A stretch of DNA of 64,000 bases from an uncultured Nitrososphaerota archaeon (GTDB taxonomy: Archaea; Thermoproteota; Nitrososphaeria; Nitrososphaerales; CADDZS01), in NCBI GenBank assembly GCA_963799845.1, contig CAWCYI010000004.1, positions 1,472,001 through 1,536,000 on the forward strand, given 5' to 3'. Shown here one piece after another: positions 41,447 to 51,573 of this stretch. The stretch's first letter is position 1, and the number at the start of each line of letters is the position of its first letter. The notes under the pieces were generated by a model. The model was not told where the DNA came from. It searched no databases and saw only the letters and a program-made list of their open reading frames with translations. A program made the translations under genes and the position numbers.

Positions 41447-42970
41447 TTGGCTCAAAATATGAAACCGCCAACTCTCGCCGAAATGCGTGAAATCTCAGAC
41501 GAACTGGGTTTTGGATTGAATGATAAAGATCTGGCCAGCTTCATTCTCTATTTGGAACGCGATGTCGTGCCAGTCTTCACCGAGCTCGAGGCGATGGAGG
41601 AGCCGAAGATGATTTCCGAAAATGCTGTGCGGGATTCCGGACATTTCCCAACTCTGGATGAGAACAAGTTTGGGGCATGGGCCTGGAAGTGCAGCATCAA
41701 AGGGAAAACACGAGGAGTGTTGTCGCGGAAGAAGATCGCTCTAAAGGACAACGTCTCTCTTGCGGGAGTACCGATGACAAATGGTACCGGCTCGATGAAA
41801 GATTACATTCCACAGATAGACGCCGAGGTGGTGAGGCGCATTATCGCGGCCGGTGGCGAAATCGTCGGGAAGGCAACGTGTGAGAATTTCTGCTGGACCG
41901 GAGGATCAAGCACATCGTTCCCGCAGCCGGTATTGAACCCGAATAATACAAAGTTCATGGCAGGCGGCTCTTCAAGCGGCAGCGGGGCGCTCGTCGCAGC
42001 GGGGGAAGTGGATATGGCGATCGGTTGTGATCAGGGAGGATCAATCCGCATCCCGAGTTCGTGGTGCGGCGTTTTCGGGTTGAAGCCGACGTACGGGCTT
42101 GTTCCTTACACCGGGATCGTCACGGGAGAGATGACCTTCGACCACGCGGGTCCGATGGCGTCGACGGTTGAAGACCTCGCGCTGCTACTGGAAGTTATTG
42201 CCGGCCGGGACGGATTTGATCCGAGGCAGGCGATGGCGGGAACTCCGGCGGAGACTCCGAAGTATTTCCAGAACCTAAAGCCCGACATGAATGGTCTGAA
42301 GGTAGGACTCGTCAGCGAGGGGTTTGGGTGGAAAGAGTCGGAGCCTGACGTTGATCTCGCTGTTAGGCGATCCGCGTCCAAGCTGGAAGAACTGGGAGCG
42401 AGGATGAGCGAGGTCTCGATTCCCATTCACAAAAAAGCCTCCACGATGATGCTCGGAATCGATATTGAAGGATCGTGGAGGGCGCTCCGCGACGGCTCGG
42501 TCAACTTTGGCACATTCGGCTACTACGACACGGAACTTGCTCACTTCATCGGCTCGCACCTAACGGGCGGCGGGGATTTCTCGCCGAATGCAAAACTCGT
42601 CGCAATCTTTGGGCAGTACCTGATAGAGAAATATCATTCAATATACTATGCAAAAGCGCAGAACCTGCGGCCGTCGGTCAGGAAGAAGTACAACGAGGCG
42701 CTGCAATCTTACGACCTGCTGGTGATGCCCACGACTCCGCAGAAAGCGCAGCCGTTCCCGGACGGGGAAAAAGATCTCGTGAATTTCATCACAAGCGGTT
42801 GGAACATGACTGCGAACGTTGCGCCGTTCGATTTCACGGGGCATCCGGCGTTAAACGTCCCGTGTGCAAGGTCAGGAGGCCTCCCGATCGGGATGATGAT
42901 TGTTGGAAGACACTTCGATGAGCAGACGATCCTCAATGCGGCGCTTGCTTTCGAAAAACTATCAAAGTAA
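41447..42970 (+). CDS. Amidase (amidase signature family)
   Basis: ALKDN, GGSSSGSG, GCDQGGSIRIPSSWCG..GLKPT. Confidence 0.93.
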   Translation: MAQNMKPPTLAEMREISDELGFGLNDKDLASFILYLERDVVPVFTELEAMEEPKMISENAVRDSGHFPTLDENKFGAWAWKCSIKGKTRGVLSRKKIALKDNVSLAGVPMTNGTGSMKDYIPQIDAEVVRRIIAAGGEIVGKATCENFCWTGGSSTSFPQPVLNPNNTKFMAGGSSSGSGALVAAGEVDMAIGCDQGGSIRIPSSWCGVFGLKPTYGLVPYTGIVTGEMTFDHAGPMASTVEDLALLLEVIAGRDGFDPRQAMAGTPAETPKYFQNLKPDMNGLKVGLVSEGFGWKESEPDVDLAVRRSASKLEELGARMSEVSIPIHKKASTMMLGIDIEGSWRALRDGSVNFGTFGYYDTELAHFIGSHLTGGGDFSPNAKLVAIFGQYLIEKYHSIYYAKAQNLRPSVRKKYNEALQSYDLLVMPTTPQKAQPFPDGEKDLVNFITSGWNMTANVAPFDFTGHPALNVPCARSGGLPIGMMIVGRHFDEQTILNAALAFEKLSK

Positions 42971-43227
42971 GGAACGCCTGAACGGTTATCGGTGGCTGTT
43001 CTGTCCAGCCTTCGTCGGGTTTTGCGACGAATTACTAATTGAAACTTTAGAAATTCCAACAGGAATATGGCTTATTCTTTACCCATGGTTAAGCTCCTTC
43101 AAACGTTCAATTTTTATTACGTCCTTGGCTGTTCATCAATCTCTCAAACGGAAGTGTCAAGAATATAGTCTTCGCCCTGAAGTCTGTAAGACAGCCACTA
43201 TCCAGTCCAGCGCCGCAGTTACTGGAA

Positions 43228-44452
43228 TTGATGAATGAATTCAGATCGATGGTTAACAACTGCATTAAGATCGGTCTCGAAACTAACGCTTCCTCGTTGA
43301 AGAGACTATCTTTGCTTGCTTACTCCACAATGAAACGAGAGTATCCCACCGTCCCTTCCTATTACAGGTTGACCGCAATTTCAAAAGCTGCTGGCATTCT
43401 TTCGTCCGGAAGGAAGTCGGAACGGAGGGGAGTAACGACGAAGGACCCTCGTCTCAAGAAGCCGCTTCTGGTATCCTGCTATCACTTCAGGATCAAAGAT
43501 CACACCCTCTCTTTTCGAATATCCAGGAAAGATAAGGTTGTGAAAATTCCGCTCACGAGCCACACAGTCGAGAAAATCGAAAAAGGAGGGATCGAAGTGA
43601 GGTCGTTCACCCTGACTCCGACCAGCCTTTCATTGTCGATCAGAAAGGAAATTGCATCTTTCAAACCTGAATGTTTCCTCGGCATCGACAGAAATGCATC
43701 GAATGTTACTTGCGGGAACATGGAAAAGGCGGTTCAATTCGACATGAAGAAAGTCGAGGAAATTGCAAAAACGACAAGGGATGTGATGAGGTCCTTCAAG
43801 CGAAACGATGTCAGGATAAGAAAACTCCTAGCATCAAAGTACGGAAGACGGAGGTCAGAAAGGGTAAATCAGATTCTCCACAAAGTTTCAAAGAACATTG
43901 TAAATCTAGCGAAAAATAGCCGCGGAGGAATCGTGCTTGAACAAATTGACGGACTGCGAAACTTGTACAGAAAAGGGAATTATCAGGGCAAGAACTTTCG
44001 TGCCAGGATGAATTCCGTACCTTGGTACGAAATCAAGAGGCGTATAGAATACAAGGCGGCATGGGAAGGAATTCCAGTTATTCAGTTAACTAAAGGAGAG
44101 ACCAGAGGTACTTCAAAGCTCTGTCCAATATGCGGGGGAGAGACTCCTAGAGGACAGATTCAGTAGAGTACACCGACGAGAGCTCTGGTGTGTAAAGTGT
44201 GAGAGATGGCTCGACAGGGACGTCGTTGCTGTCATGAACATCTCTCACAGAGGCTGGCTGAGGTTCGTCCAGTCTAACAAGAAAGGGGAAGTAGGTGAAG
44301 CGATGGTACAGGAACGAGAACATCCTGATGAGCCTCTAATCCTGAAAGTCGATGCTTCCAAGTTGAGTCGTCATTGGGGAGATAAGTTATTAACGGAGCT
44401 TCTTATTCATCCGACGAAGACAAAACAGAACCTCGGTACCACAAATCCATAA
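43228..44452 (+). mobile_element. tnpB: IS200/IS605-family TnpB RNA-guided nuclease, solo (IS1341-like); G5-run frameshift near 44135
   Basis: RuvC I LGIDRN, RuvC II IVLEQI, Zn finger CPICG/CVKC, RuvC III DRDVVAVMNI; the frame is open upstream to about 43093. Confidence 0.88.
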
Positions 44453-44803
44453 CAGTCATTATCAAACGACGCATAAATCGCAAAACTAGAGAGCGTGAAT
44501 CAACATACCAGTCTTTCCAATCGACAGCACTCTGGTTCTCGCACTCGTTCTGATTGCAGCCGTGATCATATTTTCAATTCTGATACGATCCTATCACAAA
44601 CAAAAAGCCCCGAAGGATCCGATGATTGTCCCCCGCGAGGAAACTGAATCTACTCCTACAGCCAGTTAATCGCCTCTTTGGACACTAATTCACTTTCCGG
44701 GCACGATCCGATGAAGTAAAATTCCGTTATTTCAAGCTTAAATGATAGGGATTATTCTGGAATTTGGAAAACCTTAATCATTAACAAAACTACTGAGGTT
44801 CGG

Positions 44804-47419
44804 ATGGACGATAAGAAAACGCGGCTTTCGACCGACCTTGATCATGATCTGAAACTGGGCCGCGAGATCGTCGAGCTTGACGGATCTTCGCTGAATGTTT
44901 CGCGGGACGGGACTCCGATAACCGAAATAAAACTGGCGGACATCAAGCAGGCAAGAATCGAAGAGGGCATCGGAATCGCGAGGCTGGTTGTGGAGACCAA
45001 CGACGGAACGGTGAGAGATGTAGCTTTTTTCACCAAGAAGAAAATTCGACAGTTCCGCGTTCTTACAAATATAATCAACAACCACATGGCGGGGAAAGAC
45101 GTTCCGCCAATCCTGGACGAGGACGAAACGCCGGCCCGGTACAACAGGGCGAGTACTCTCCGGTGGCTGCTTGAATTCATGCGGCCGTACAAGACAAAGT
45201 TGCTTCTGGGAATTGCGTTTTCCGTGTTGCTCGCGGGGTTCAATCTGGTCCCGCCCTACCTGCTCCAGATTCTCATCGACAGCGTCCTGCTTTCAAAGAC
45301 CCCAACGCATGGGCTGTTCATCGAACTCACCCTGGTGCTTCTCAGTTCGTTTGGCATCATCACGGTGCTCACGGTTCTGCAGGGGTACTTTCTGAACACG
45401 CTGGGGCAGCGCGTTGTCAACAACCTCAGGGGCAGTGTGTACGAGCACGCGATCAGCCTGCCGACCTCGTTCATAGAGAGGATGACCACCGGGAGGATCC
45501 TCTCGAGGCTGACTAACGACGTGGGGAACACTCAGTGGTTGATGGTCTGGGGGCTGCCCACGCTGACCGTGAACATACTGACGCTGATCGGGATTGGGGT
45601 CATACTCTTCATACTCGACGCGGGCCTCGCGGTATTTGTCCTCGTGCCGGTTCCGTTCATCATCTACGCGCTGATAAGGTACAGAAAGGGCTCGTTCATG
45701 GTCTACCACAGAAACTGGCGGAGGAGCGCGGACGTGACGGCGATGATAACAGATACTGTGCCTGCGTACCAGGTGATAAAGTCCTTTGTTAGAGAGGGGC
45801 GGGAGGCGGGCAGGCTCGACGAGAATTTAGACAAGTTGTACACGGCGCAGGTTGATGCCGTAAAAATGAACCTCTACTACTGGCCGGCCCTCGGTTTTCT
45901 CACCTCGCTCGCGACCGTTGCGATCTGGTGGGTGGGCGGAAATCAGGTAATCCTCGGTGGGATCCAGCTTGGGATCGTTACTGCTTTCGTCGCCTACCTT
46001 GCGCTGTTTTACACTCCGATCAACAACCTCAGCAACATCGTTCCCTTCATACAGCAGGGGATCACTTCCGGCGACCGGCTGCGGGAGATAATCGACGCGA
46101 AACCGGAGGTGCAGACAAAGCCGGACGCGGTGAGCCCGAAGGACCTCGGAGGGGACATTGTTTTCGAGAACGTGGTGTTCGGCTACGAACCGTACAACCC
46201 GGTGATCAAGGATTTCAATCTGAAGATTCCCAGGGGGCAGCGGATTGCGATAGTCGGGAGGAGCGGATCGGGAAAGACCTCGATCTCGAGGCTTTTGATG
46301 AGATTTTACGACGTCAACAGCGGCTCCATAAAGATCGGCGGCGTTGACATCAGGGACATTGACCTGGATTACCTGAGGAGCAAGATCGCCTACGTTCTTC
46401 AGGACGTGGTACTGTTTGACAACACCGTCTCATACAACGTGGGCTACGGGGTGCCGGCGCCGAACGAAAGAGAAATCGGCCCGCTGGACGTTCTGCACTC
46501 GTGCAAGGCGGCCGGGATTCACAAGGAAATTATGGCGCTCCAGCTCGCTTACGACACGAACCTCGGCGAGAAGGGATCGACGCTATCGGGCGGGCAGCGG
46601 CAGCGGCTGTCGCTCGCCAGGGCGATAATCAAAAAGCCGGACATTTTCATCCTCGACGAAGCGACGTCGGATCTTGACGTTCAGAGCGAGCGGGAGATCT
46701 ACCGAAGGATGCTGAAGCTCGCCGACGGGAAGACGACGATACTCGTCACGCACAACATGTACGAAGCGCTCAGCGTCGACAACGCGGTAATAATGAGCAA
46801 CGGGCAAATCATCGAGCAGGGGAACCCGAAGCAGCTCCTCGCTGCGGGCGGGCAGTTTTCAGCGATGTTCAAGGAGTTCAACGGCGAGATCCCGTTCGAG
46901 ATCGAGGACGACCTCTCCAAGACTGATCTCGGGGACGTCTCGGTCAAGTTACCATCCGCGGAACTCTCGAAACTTCGGATAACGAAGAGTGAGAGGATCA
47001 GCGAGGTGAATTACAGCGACGGCGAGAAGACGTGGCCAAACCTCACGTCGAGGCTGCCGTTTCCGCTGAGCCAGCCGCAGATAATCATCCTGGAAAATCA
47101 GTCTGGCGAGGAGGTGGTCACGATCTTTGACACAGAGCAGCTGGAAGGCGAATCGAGGGAGACGCTCAAGAAAGCGTCGCGGGCTAACAGCTTCATCCTG
47201 AAGGTGGATGGTATCAACAAGGTTGTCGTGAGGGGAGACGAGCTCGAGTGGCACGTCACCACGGATGACGGCCAGACCGTGGTGAATACGCGTGGGAGGC
47301 GAAACGTTGTGGTGATGAACGACAAGGTGATACTGATCGATCCGCTCGACAACATCTCCGAGATCGATCTGAAGAAGATCGACAGGAAGAGTTTGCGAGT
47401 GCTCAACAAGACGGTATGA
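44804..47419 (+). CDS. ABC exporter (TMD plus NBD) with N-terminal extension and C-terminal DUF1854-like domain
   Basis: Six-TM domain, GRSGSGKT, LSGGQRQRL, ILDEATS; C-terminal LPFPLS...W.V.TD.G. Confidence 0.85.
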   Translation: MDDKKTRLSTDLDHDLKLGREIVELDGSSLNVSRDGTPITEIKLADIKQARIEEGIGIARLVVETNDGTVRDVAFFTKKKIRQFRVLTNIINNHMAGKDVPPILDEDETPARYNRASTLRWLLEFMRPYKTKLLLGIAFSVLLAGFNLVPPYLLQILIDSVLLSKTPTHGLFIELTLVLLSSFGIITVLTVLQGYFLNTLGQRVVNNLRGSVYEHAISLPTSFIERMTTGRILSRLTNDVGNTQWLMVWGLPTLTVNILTLIGIGVILFILDAGLAVFVLVPVPFIIYALIRYRKGSFMVYHRNWRRSADVTAMITDTVPAYQVIKSFVREGREAGRLDENLDKLYTAQVDAVKMNLYYWPALGFLTSLATVAIWWVGGNQVILGGIQLGIVTAFVAYLALFYTPINNLSNIVPFIQQGITSGDRLREIIDAKPEVQTKPDAVSPKDLGGDIVFENVVFGYEPYNPVIKDFNLKIPRGQRIAIVGRSGSGKTSISRLLMRFYDVNSGSIKIGGVDIRDIDLDYLRSKIAYVLQDVVLFDNTVSYNVGYGVPAPNEREIGPLDVLHSCKAAGIHKEIMALQLAYDTNLGEKGSTLSGGQRQRLSLARAIIKKPDIFILDEATSDLDVQSEREIYRRMLKLADGKTTILVTHNMYEALSVDNAVIMSNGQIIEQGNPKQLLAAGGQFSAMFKEFNGEIPFEIEDDLSKTDLGDVSVKLPSAELSKLRITKSERISEVNYSDGEKTWPNLTSRLPFPLSQPQIIILENQSGEEVVTIFDTEQLEGESRETLKKASRANSFILKVDGINKVVVRGDELEWHVTTDDGQTVVNTRGRRNVVVMNDKVILIDPLDNISEIDLKKIDRKSLRVLNKTV

Positions 47420-47461
47420 TGAACTCAACGTTTCGAGCTCTGCATTGCTGGATTGCTGGAA

Positions 47462-47889
47462 GATCTTGAAACGAGCTGGTAGAAAGCAATCTGCTGAGTA
47501 CACGTGCACGGATGCAGAACTCCGCTAGGGGGCCCCTCTTTACATGTTAGTCTGAAACGAGCTCTCCCGTCAAAACGTACGCGCGCGTGTGAAAAGAAGA
47601 GAGAAAATTCAGATCTGCAGTGTAAAACTCCCGAGCAACGAAATGAAATATCGGAACGAAATTTCCCGAATATCCTCGAAAACTCGAAAATCCAGTACGA
47701 AACGATCAACATTAGAACGCTTTGTGCGTCCGTTCAATGCGTTCTGAGCTCTCTAAGCTCCGTTCAGCTTGAAACGAGCTCTTCTGAGCTTACAGAGCTT
47801 GAACGTAGCTCTTCACTCAGAAAACACGCGCGGTTGCGAAACTACAGAATTTTTTTCTTTATGAATCATTGGGAACTAGTATATGAAGA
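47462..47889. repeat. Dispersed non-coding repeat element, copy B (long form)
   Basis: Matches copy A at both ends; AGCT array at 47747, 47756, 47766, 47777, 47787, 47796, 47807. Confidence 0.85.
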
Positions 47890-47899
47890 CTGTATGGTT

Positions 47900-48466
47900 T
47901 TATCCAGTTTTCCATTCATCCTTCAGCAATCCAAAGTAGAGCTGGTCCTCGAAGCGATCGCAGAAGTCGACGCGCTGGCGGAGATTTCCCTCGTACGAAA
48001 AGCCGAGTTTGAGCAGCAGACTCTTTGACGGAATATTCTTCGCGAGTGGACACGCTTCGATCCGTTGCAACTTCAGTTCGTTGAATCCCCAGGTCAGGAT
48101 CGCGGAGACTGCCTCGATCATGATGCCCTGCCTCCAGTACTTTCGACCCAGTTCGTAACCAAGTTCGGCGTAGCGGAGGTCTTCTTGGAAATTCCAGAAA
48201 CAGCATGAGCCGATGACCGTGTCTTCTCACTTTAGCGTGATGCACCACAGTATTGCATCGCGGCGATCGTATGAAGTTTGCAATCGCTGAATAAATGCTC
48301 GGGTGTCTTCGCGCAACTTGTGCGGTTCCTGTCCGTATGGTTCTGTAACCTCGTGATCGGACTTTATTGCAAAGAATGCGTCTTCGTCAATTGGCTGAAT
48401 CTGGCGGAGCCGTATTCGATTTGTGGTGAGGACGGGAAAGTGGGTAAACGCTTCATCGAAATTCAT
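47900..48466 (-). pseudogene. RimJ/RimL-type GNAT acetyltransferase with an in-frame TGA at 48227-48229
   Basis: FPVLTTNRIRLR...K*EDTVIG...AELGYEL...YWRQG...N..S..LL.KLGF.YEG in a single frame. Confidence 0.8.
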
Positions 48467-48765
48467 GGTACCGACTTTCGCGTTAGAATCGTAAAAATAA
48501 TTCGCATTCTGGTCTATGATTGTCGGATATTCCAGATTATCTCAATGAGGGTTTCGGGGCTTGCATATGTGCGAATCCGAGTGCGAAGAATTGGAGCGGC
48601 TGACGTACCTGATTGTCGGAAAGGTGGGGCCTAGGGTCTTAATTCGATATAATGCGCTCAGGGACAGGCTCAGAGCCAAGTATGAAAAACGAGAATCATA
48701 ACCAAAGGATGATTGACGGAAGATTCTAGCGAATGTTCTATTAGCAACCTCTGAATTTCTCATTT

Positions 48766-48888
48766 ATGATGTCCACAACAAGGACTGGAAAATGTCCAAA
48801 GTGCGGCGGAAAAATGTTCGAGGGCGTTTGTACCATTTGCCGCTACTCTGTGAAGACGGCATTGACGAAGCATGAAGCTGAAAGATAA
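48766..48888 (+). CDS. Small Zn-ribbon protein (40 aa), not in ORF track
   Basis: MMSTTRTGKCPKCGGKMFEGVCTICRYSVK... Confidence 0.5.
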   Translation: MMSTTRTGKCPKCGGKMFEGVCTICRYSVKTALTKHEAER

Positions 48889-48908
48889 CACTACCTCGGG
48901 CTAGGGAA

Positions 48909-49223
48909 TCAACTTTCAAATGTATCGACTTCAACGACGTGAAGAGTTACCTCATCGTCGAATGAACTGAATAGTGCTTGAGCCTCCGGTTCAACAACCG
49001 CCTTGGTCAGACTGGGTCCAGCAAAAAACACAATCGCTTCCATAGAATCCCAGAATGTTAGGACCGTTATCTCCACATCGGCACCATCCATCCGGCTGAG
49101 TACCAGTGCACCGCGATGACACGAAATCGTCCGCAATTTTGGCGTCAGGGTATCTTTGAAAAAGGAAAAGTAAGCCTGCGCATCACTGGAGGACGCTCTT
49201 GCCGTAAAGCGACGTACTATCAC
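48909..49223 (-). CDS. Antibiotic biosynthesis monooxygenase (ABM)-like protein
   Basis: LTFWDSMEAI..FAG....AVV.P.A..L...FD..V.H. Confidence 0.8.
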   Translation of the reverse strand: MIVRRFTARASSSDAQAYFSFFKDTLTPKLRTISCHRGALVLSRMDGADVEITVLTFWDSMEAIVFFAGPSLTKAVVEPEAQALFSSFDDEVTLHVVEVDTFES

Positions 49224-49392
49224 ATCGGTTCACGCTTTCAGATGTTCAGGGCTCTCCCTTCTGTATCTTTTTCTTGAGTTCAACCGAATTAGATTTATTT
49301 CCACCGTGCCCCAAGCCTGCGATATTTGATAATCTCGGTTTCTGGTTCAATTGTACAGAGGTTCTTTTTCAATCGCTTCGTCGATCCAACTT

Positions 49393-50589
49393 TTACGAAA
49401 AGCGTGATGGACCGAGCGAAGGTCTCAACTCGTCGAGATAATTTTGGCCGTTTATCATCGACTTGATCATGAACGCTGTCGCCGGAGCGAGTGTCACTCC
49501 CAGTCTGCAGTTACCGGATGCTACATACGCGTTCTCGTACCCGGGGATCGCGCCCACCAGCGGGAATTGATCAGGCGTGCATGGTCGGAAGCCTATACCC
49601 TCGTCAACGACATTTAGCGGACTCAGGTCGATTACGTGTTTTCTCGTGACATCGAAGAGCCACTTCCTCCTTGACGCTCCATACTCTTTCTTGAACCCAA
49701 CCATATCGAAGAAACTCGTCACGCGAAGCATCGATTCATTATGCTGCGCGATAGCAATGCCGTAATCTTCGAGCAAGAGTGGTCTTCTGACCAGAGTCTT
49801 GCCACCGGTATCAAATATCATAGCGAGACCACTCGCGGGGAGTATCTTTGCATCATAGTGGAGCTTTGAGCAAAGCGGTCGTGTCCATGAGCCAGCGGTG
49901 ACTATTATCTTATCACAATCAACGCGCTTACCATCGATCAGGGCAACAGCTCGTCCGGGAGAATTTACATCCCTTTCAAGACTTGCCTCTTTACCCGAAA
50001 TCATCTGGACTCCCATCTTGGAGACTCGCTCGGAAAGCTGGGCGACAAGTTTCCTCGGGTTGATTGAGATCTCGCCGCCGAGCTCCACGCCGCCGTCGAG
50101 ACCGCGGAGACCAAGTTGATCGATCTCACTTTTTCCCACGAACCTGCCTCCAAACTTTTCAGCGAAGCTCTTTGCGTGCTCTGCTTTTGCGTACAGACCG
50201 AGAACGCCAGGGATTATGTCCGGGTTTAGATTTTCGGTCTTGAAAAATTCGTGATATAGCTCGAGGCTCGCGTTGCCGAATTTTATCGTCCTTTCCTCAA
50301 AGCCGGTCAAGCCCTTTCGAAGCGATGTCCAGTACCACGACGGATTGCGCAGGACCTGACCGAGAGAAAAGTAAAGGGCGCCTCTCCTCGTGATAGCGCT
50401 TGAGAGCAGCATTCCCAGACCGAGCTGGGGAGTGGGGGCAAACGAGGGAGTGAGCAGGCCGGCGTTGTAAACGGAAGCTTCCTTTACCACGTTGTCCCGT
50501 TCAATCACCGTGACTTCATGCGAATCTTTCCTGAGGTAATAGGCCATGAATAGCCCCGTCACTCCTCCGCCAAGAATGGCGACCCGCAA
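49393..50589 (-). CDS. FAD-dependent D-amino acid dehydrogenase (DadA-like)
   Basis: VAILGGGVTG, ASVYNAG, TAGSW, GFRPCTPD, GVTLAP. Confidence 0.88.
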   Translation of the reverse strand: MRVAILGGGVTGLFMAYYLRKDSHEVTVIERDNVVKEASVYNAGLLTPSFAPTPQLGLGMLLSSAITRRGALYFSLGQVLRNPSWYWTSLRKGLTGFEERTIKFGNASLELYHEFFKTENLNPDIIPGVLGLYAKAEHAKSFAEKFGGRFVGKSEIDQLGLRGLDGGVELGGEISINPRKLVAQLSERVSKMGVQMISGKEASLERDVNSPGRAVALIDGKRVDCDKIIVTAGSWTRPLCSKLHYDAKILPASGLAMIFDTGGKTLVRRPLLLEDYGIAIAQHNESMLRVTSFFDMVGFKKEYGASRRKWLFDVTRKHVIDLSPLNVVDEGIGFRPCTPDQFPLVGAIPGYENAYVASGNCRLGVTLAPATAFMIKSMINGQNYLDELRPSLGPSRFS

Positions 50590-50608
50590 GTAAGTCTTCT
50601 CTGCGGAT

Positions 50609-51490
50609 TTACATCTTCAGCTGCGCTAGTAGTTCTTTGAGTCGTTTTTCTTCCCTCGAGTTCAGAGGCATTAGCGGACTGCGCGTCATGCCGACTTTTT
50701 TGCCCGCCATGTTTAGAGCGACCTTTGAAATCTGCGGGAATTTGCCGGTGTCTTCGAGGAAGTTCAGCACGGGCAAAATTTTCTCGTAGAGAGCTTTCGC
50801 TTCCTTCAGCTTGCCGGCTTTGTAAAGCCGATAAATTTCCGAAGTCTCGAAAGGCAGAAAGTTGGAGGCGACGCAGATGAATCCGGTCGCGCCCATGAGG
50901 TAGGACTCCAGCGCCATGTTGTCTCCCCCGCAAAAAACGGTCATCCGATCGTTCGTCAGTTTCCTGATCTTCCACACCCTGGTAATGTCTCCGCTGCTCT
51001 CCTTGACGTACTTGATGTTCTCGAACTCGGACAGACGCGCGATCAAATCCGGGAGCATGTCAACTTTGGAAGTTGCGGGGTTGTTGTAGACCATGACGGG
51101 TATGTGGACTGCATCCGAGATAGACCTGTAGTGGTTGATGATGCCTTCTTCAGTTGGCTTGTGGTAATACGGCGGTACTACAACCACGCCATCCGCACCG
51201 ACTTTTTCCGCGTACCTTGTAAGGGCGACTGCCTGTTTCGTAGCGCATGCGGCCGTGCCTGCGAGCACCGGGACTCGCTTGTTTACGTGTGAGACGACCG
51301 TTTCAATGATTTTCATGTGTTCTTCGGGAGTGAGGTACGCAAATTCTCCGGTGCTCCCTCCGACGAAGATTCCGTCGATTTTGCTTGCGATGAAGTAATC
51401 AACGAGCTCTCTCAAGGCGGTGACGTTAACTTGATCTGATTCGTCGAACGGCGTGACATTTACTACAAAAGTCCCTTCGAGTTTTGCCAT
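50609..51490 (-). CDS. DapA/NanA-family class I aldolase or deaminase
   Basis: TPF, GSTGE, PPYY, YNNP, Schiff-base VKESSGD; likely start MAKLEG at 51490. Confidence 0.88.
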   Translation of the reverse strand: MAKLEGTFVVNVTPFDESDQVNVTALRELVDYFIASKIDGIFVGGSTGEFAYLTPEEHMKIIETVVSHVNKRVPVLAGTAACATKQAVALTRYAEKVGADGVVVVPPYYHKPTEEGIINHYRSISDAVHIPVMVYNNPATSKVDMLPDLIARLSEFENIKYVKESSGDITRVWKIRKLTNDRMTVFCGGDNMALESYLMGATGFICVASNFLPFETSEIYRLYKAGKLKEAKALYEKILPVLNFLEDTGKFPQISKVALNMAGKKVGMTRSPLMPLNSREEKRLKELLAQLKM

Positions 51491-51573
51491 TTTGTCCACA
51501 GAATGGATAATGCTGCCAGAGAAAGGTAATTTGATATTTGCGGAGACTCGTAGGGGCCAAGTTGATTGCAAGA

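Noticed and set aside
47504-48028. 174-aa ORF across repeat copy B
   Set aside because: No recognisable domain, overlaps the GNAT gene antisense and is not preserved in copy A
48227-48229. In-frame TGA as selenocysteine or readthrough
   Set aside because: It falls at a non-catalytic loop position of a GNAT (likely GGA to TGA); no Cys-equivalent role or SECIS evidence
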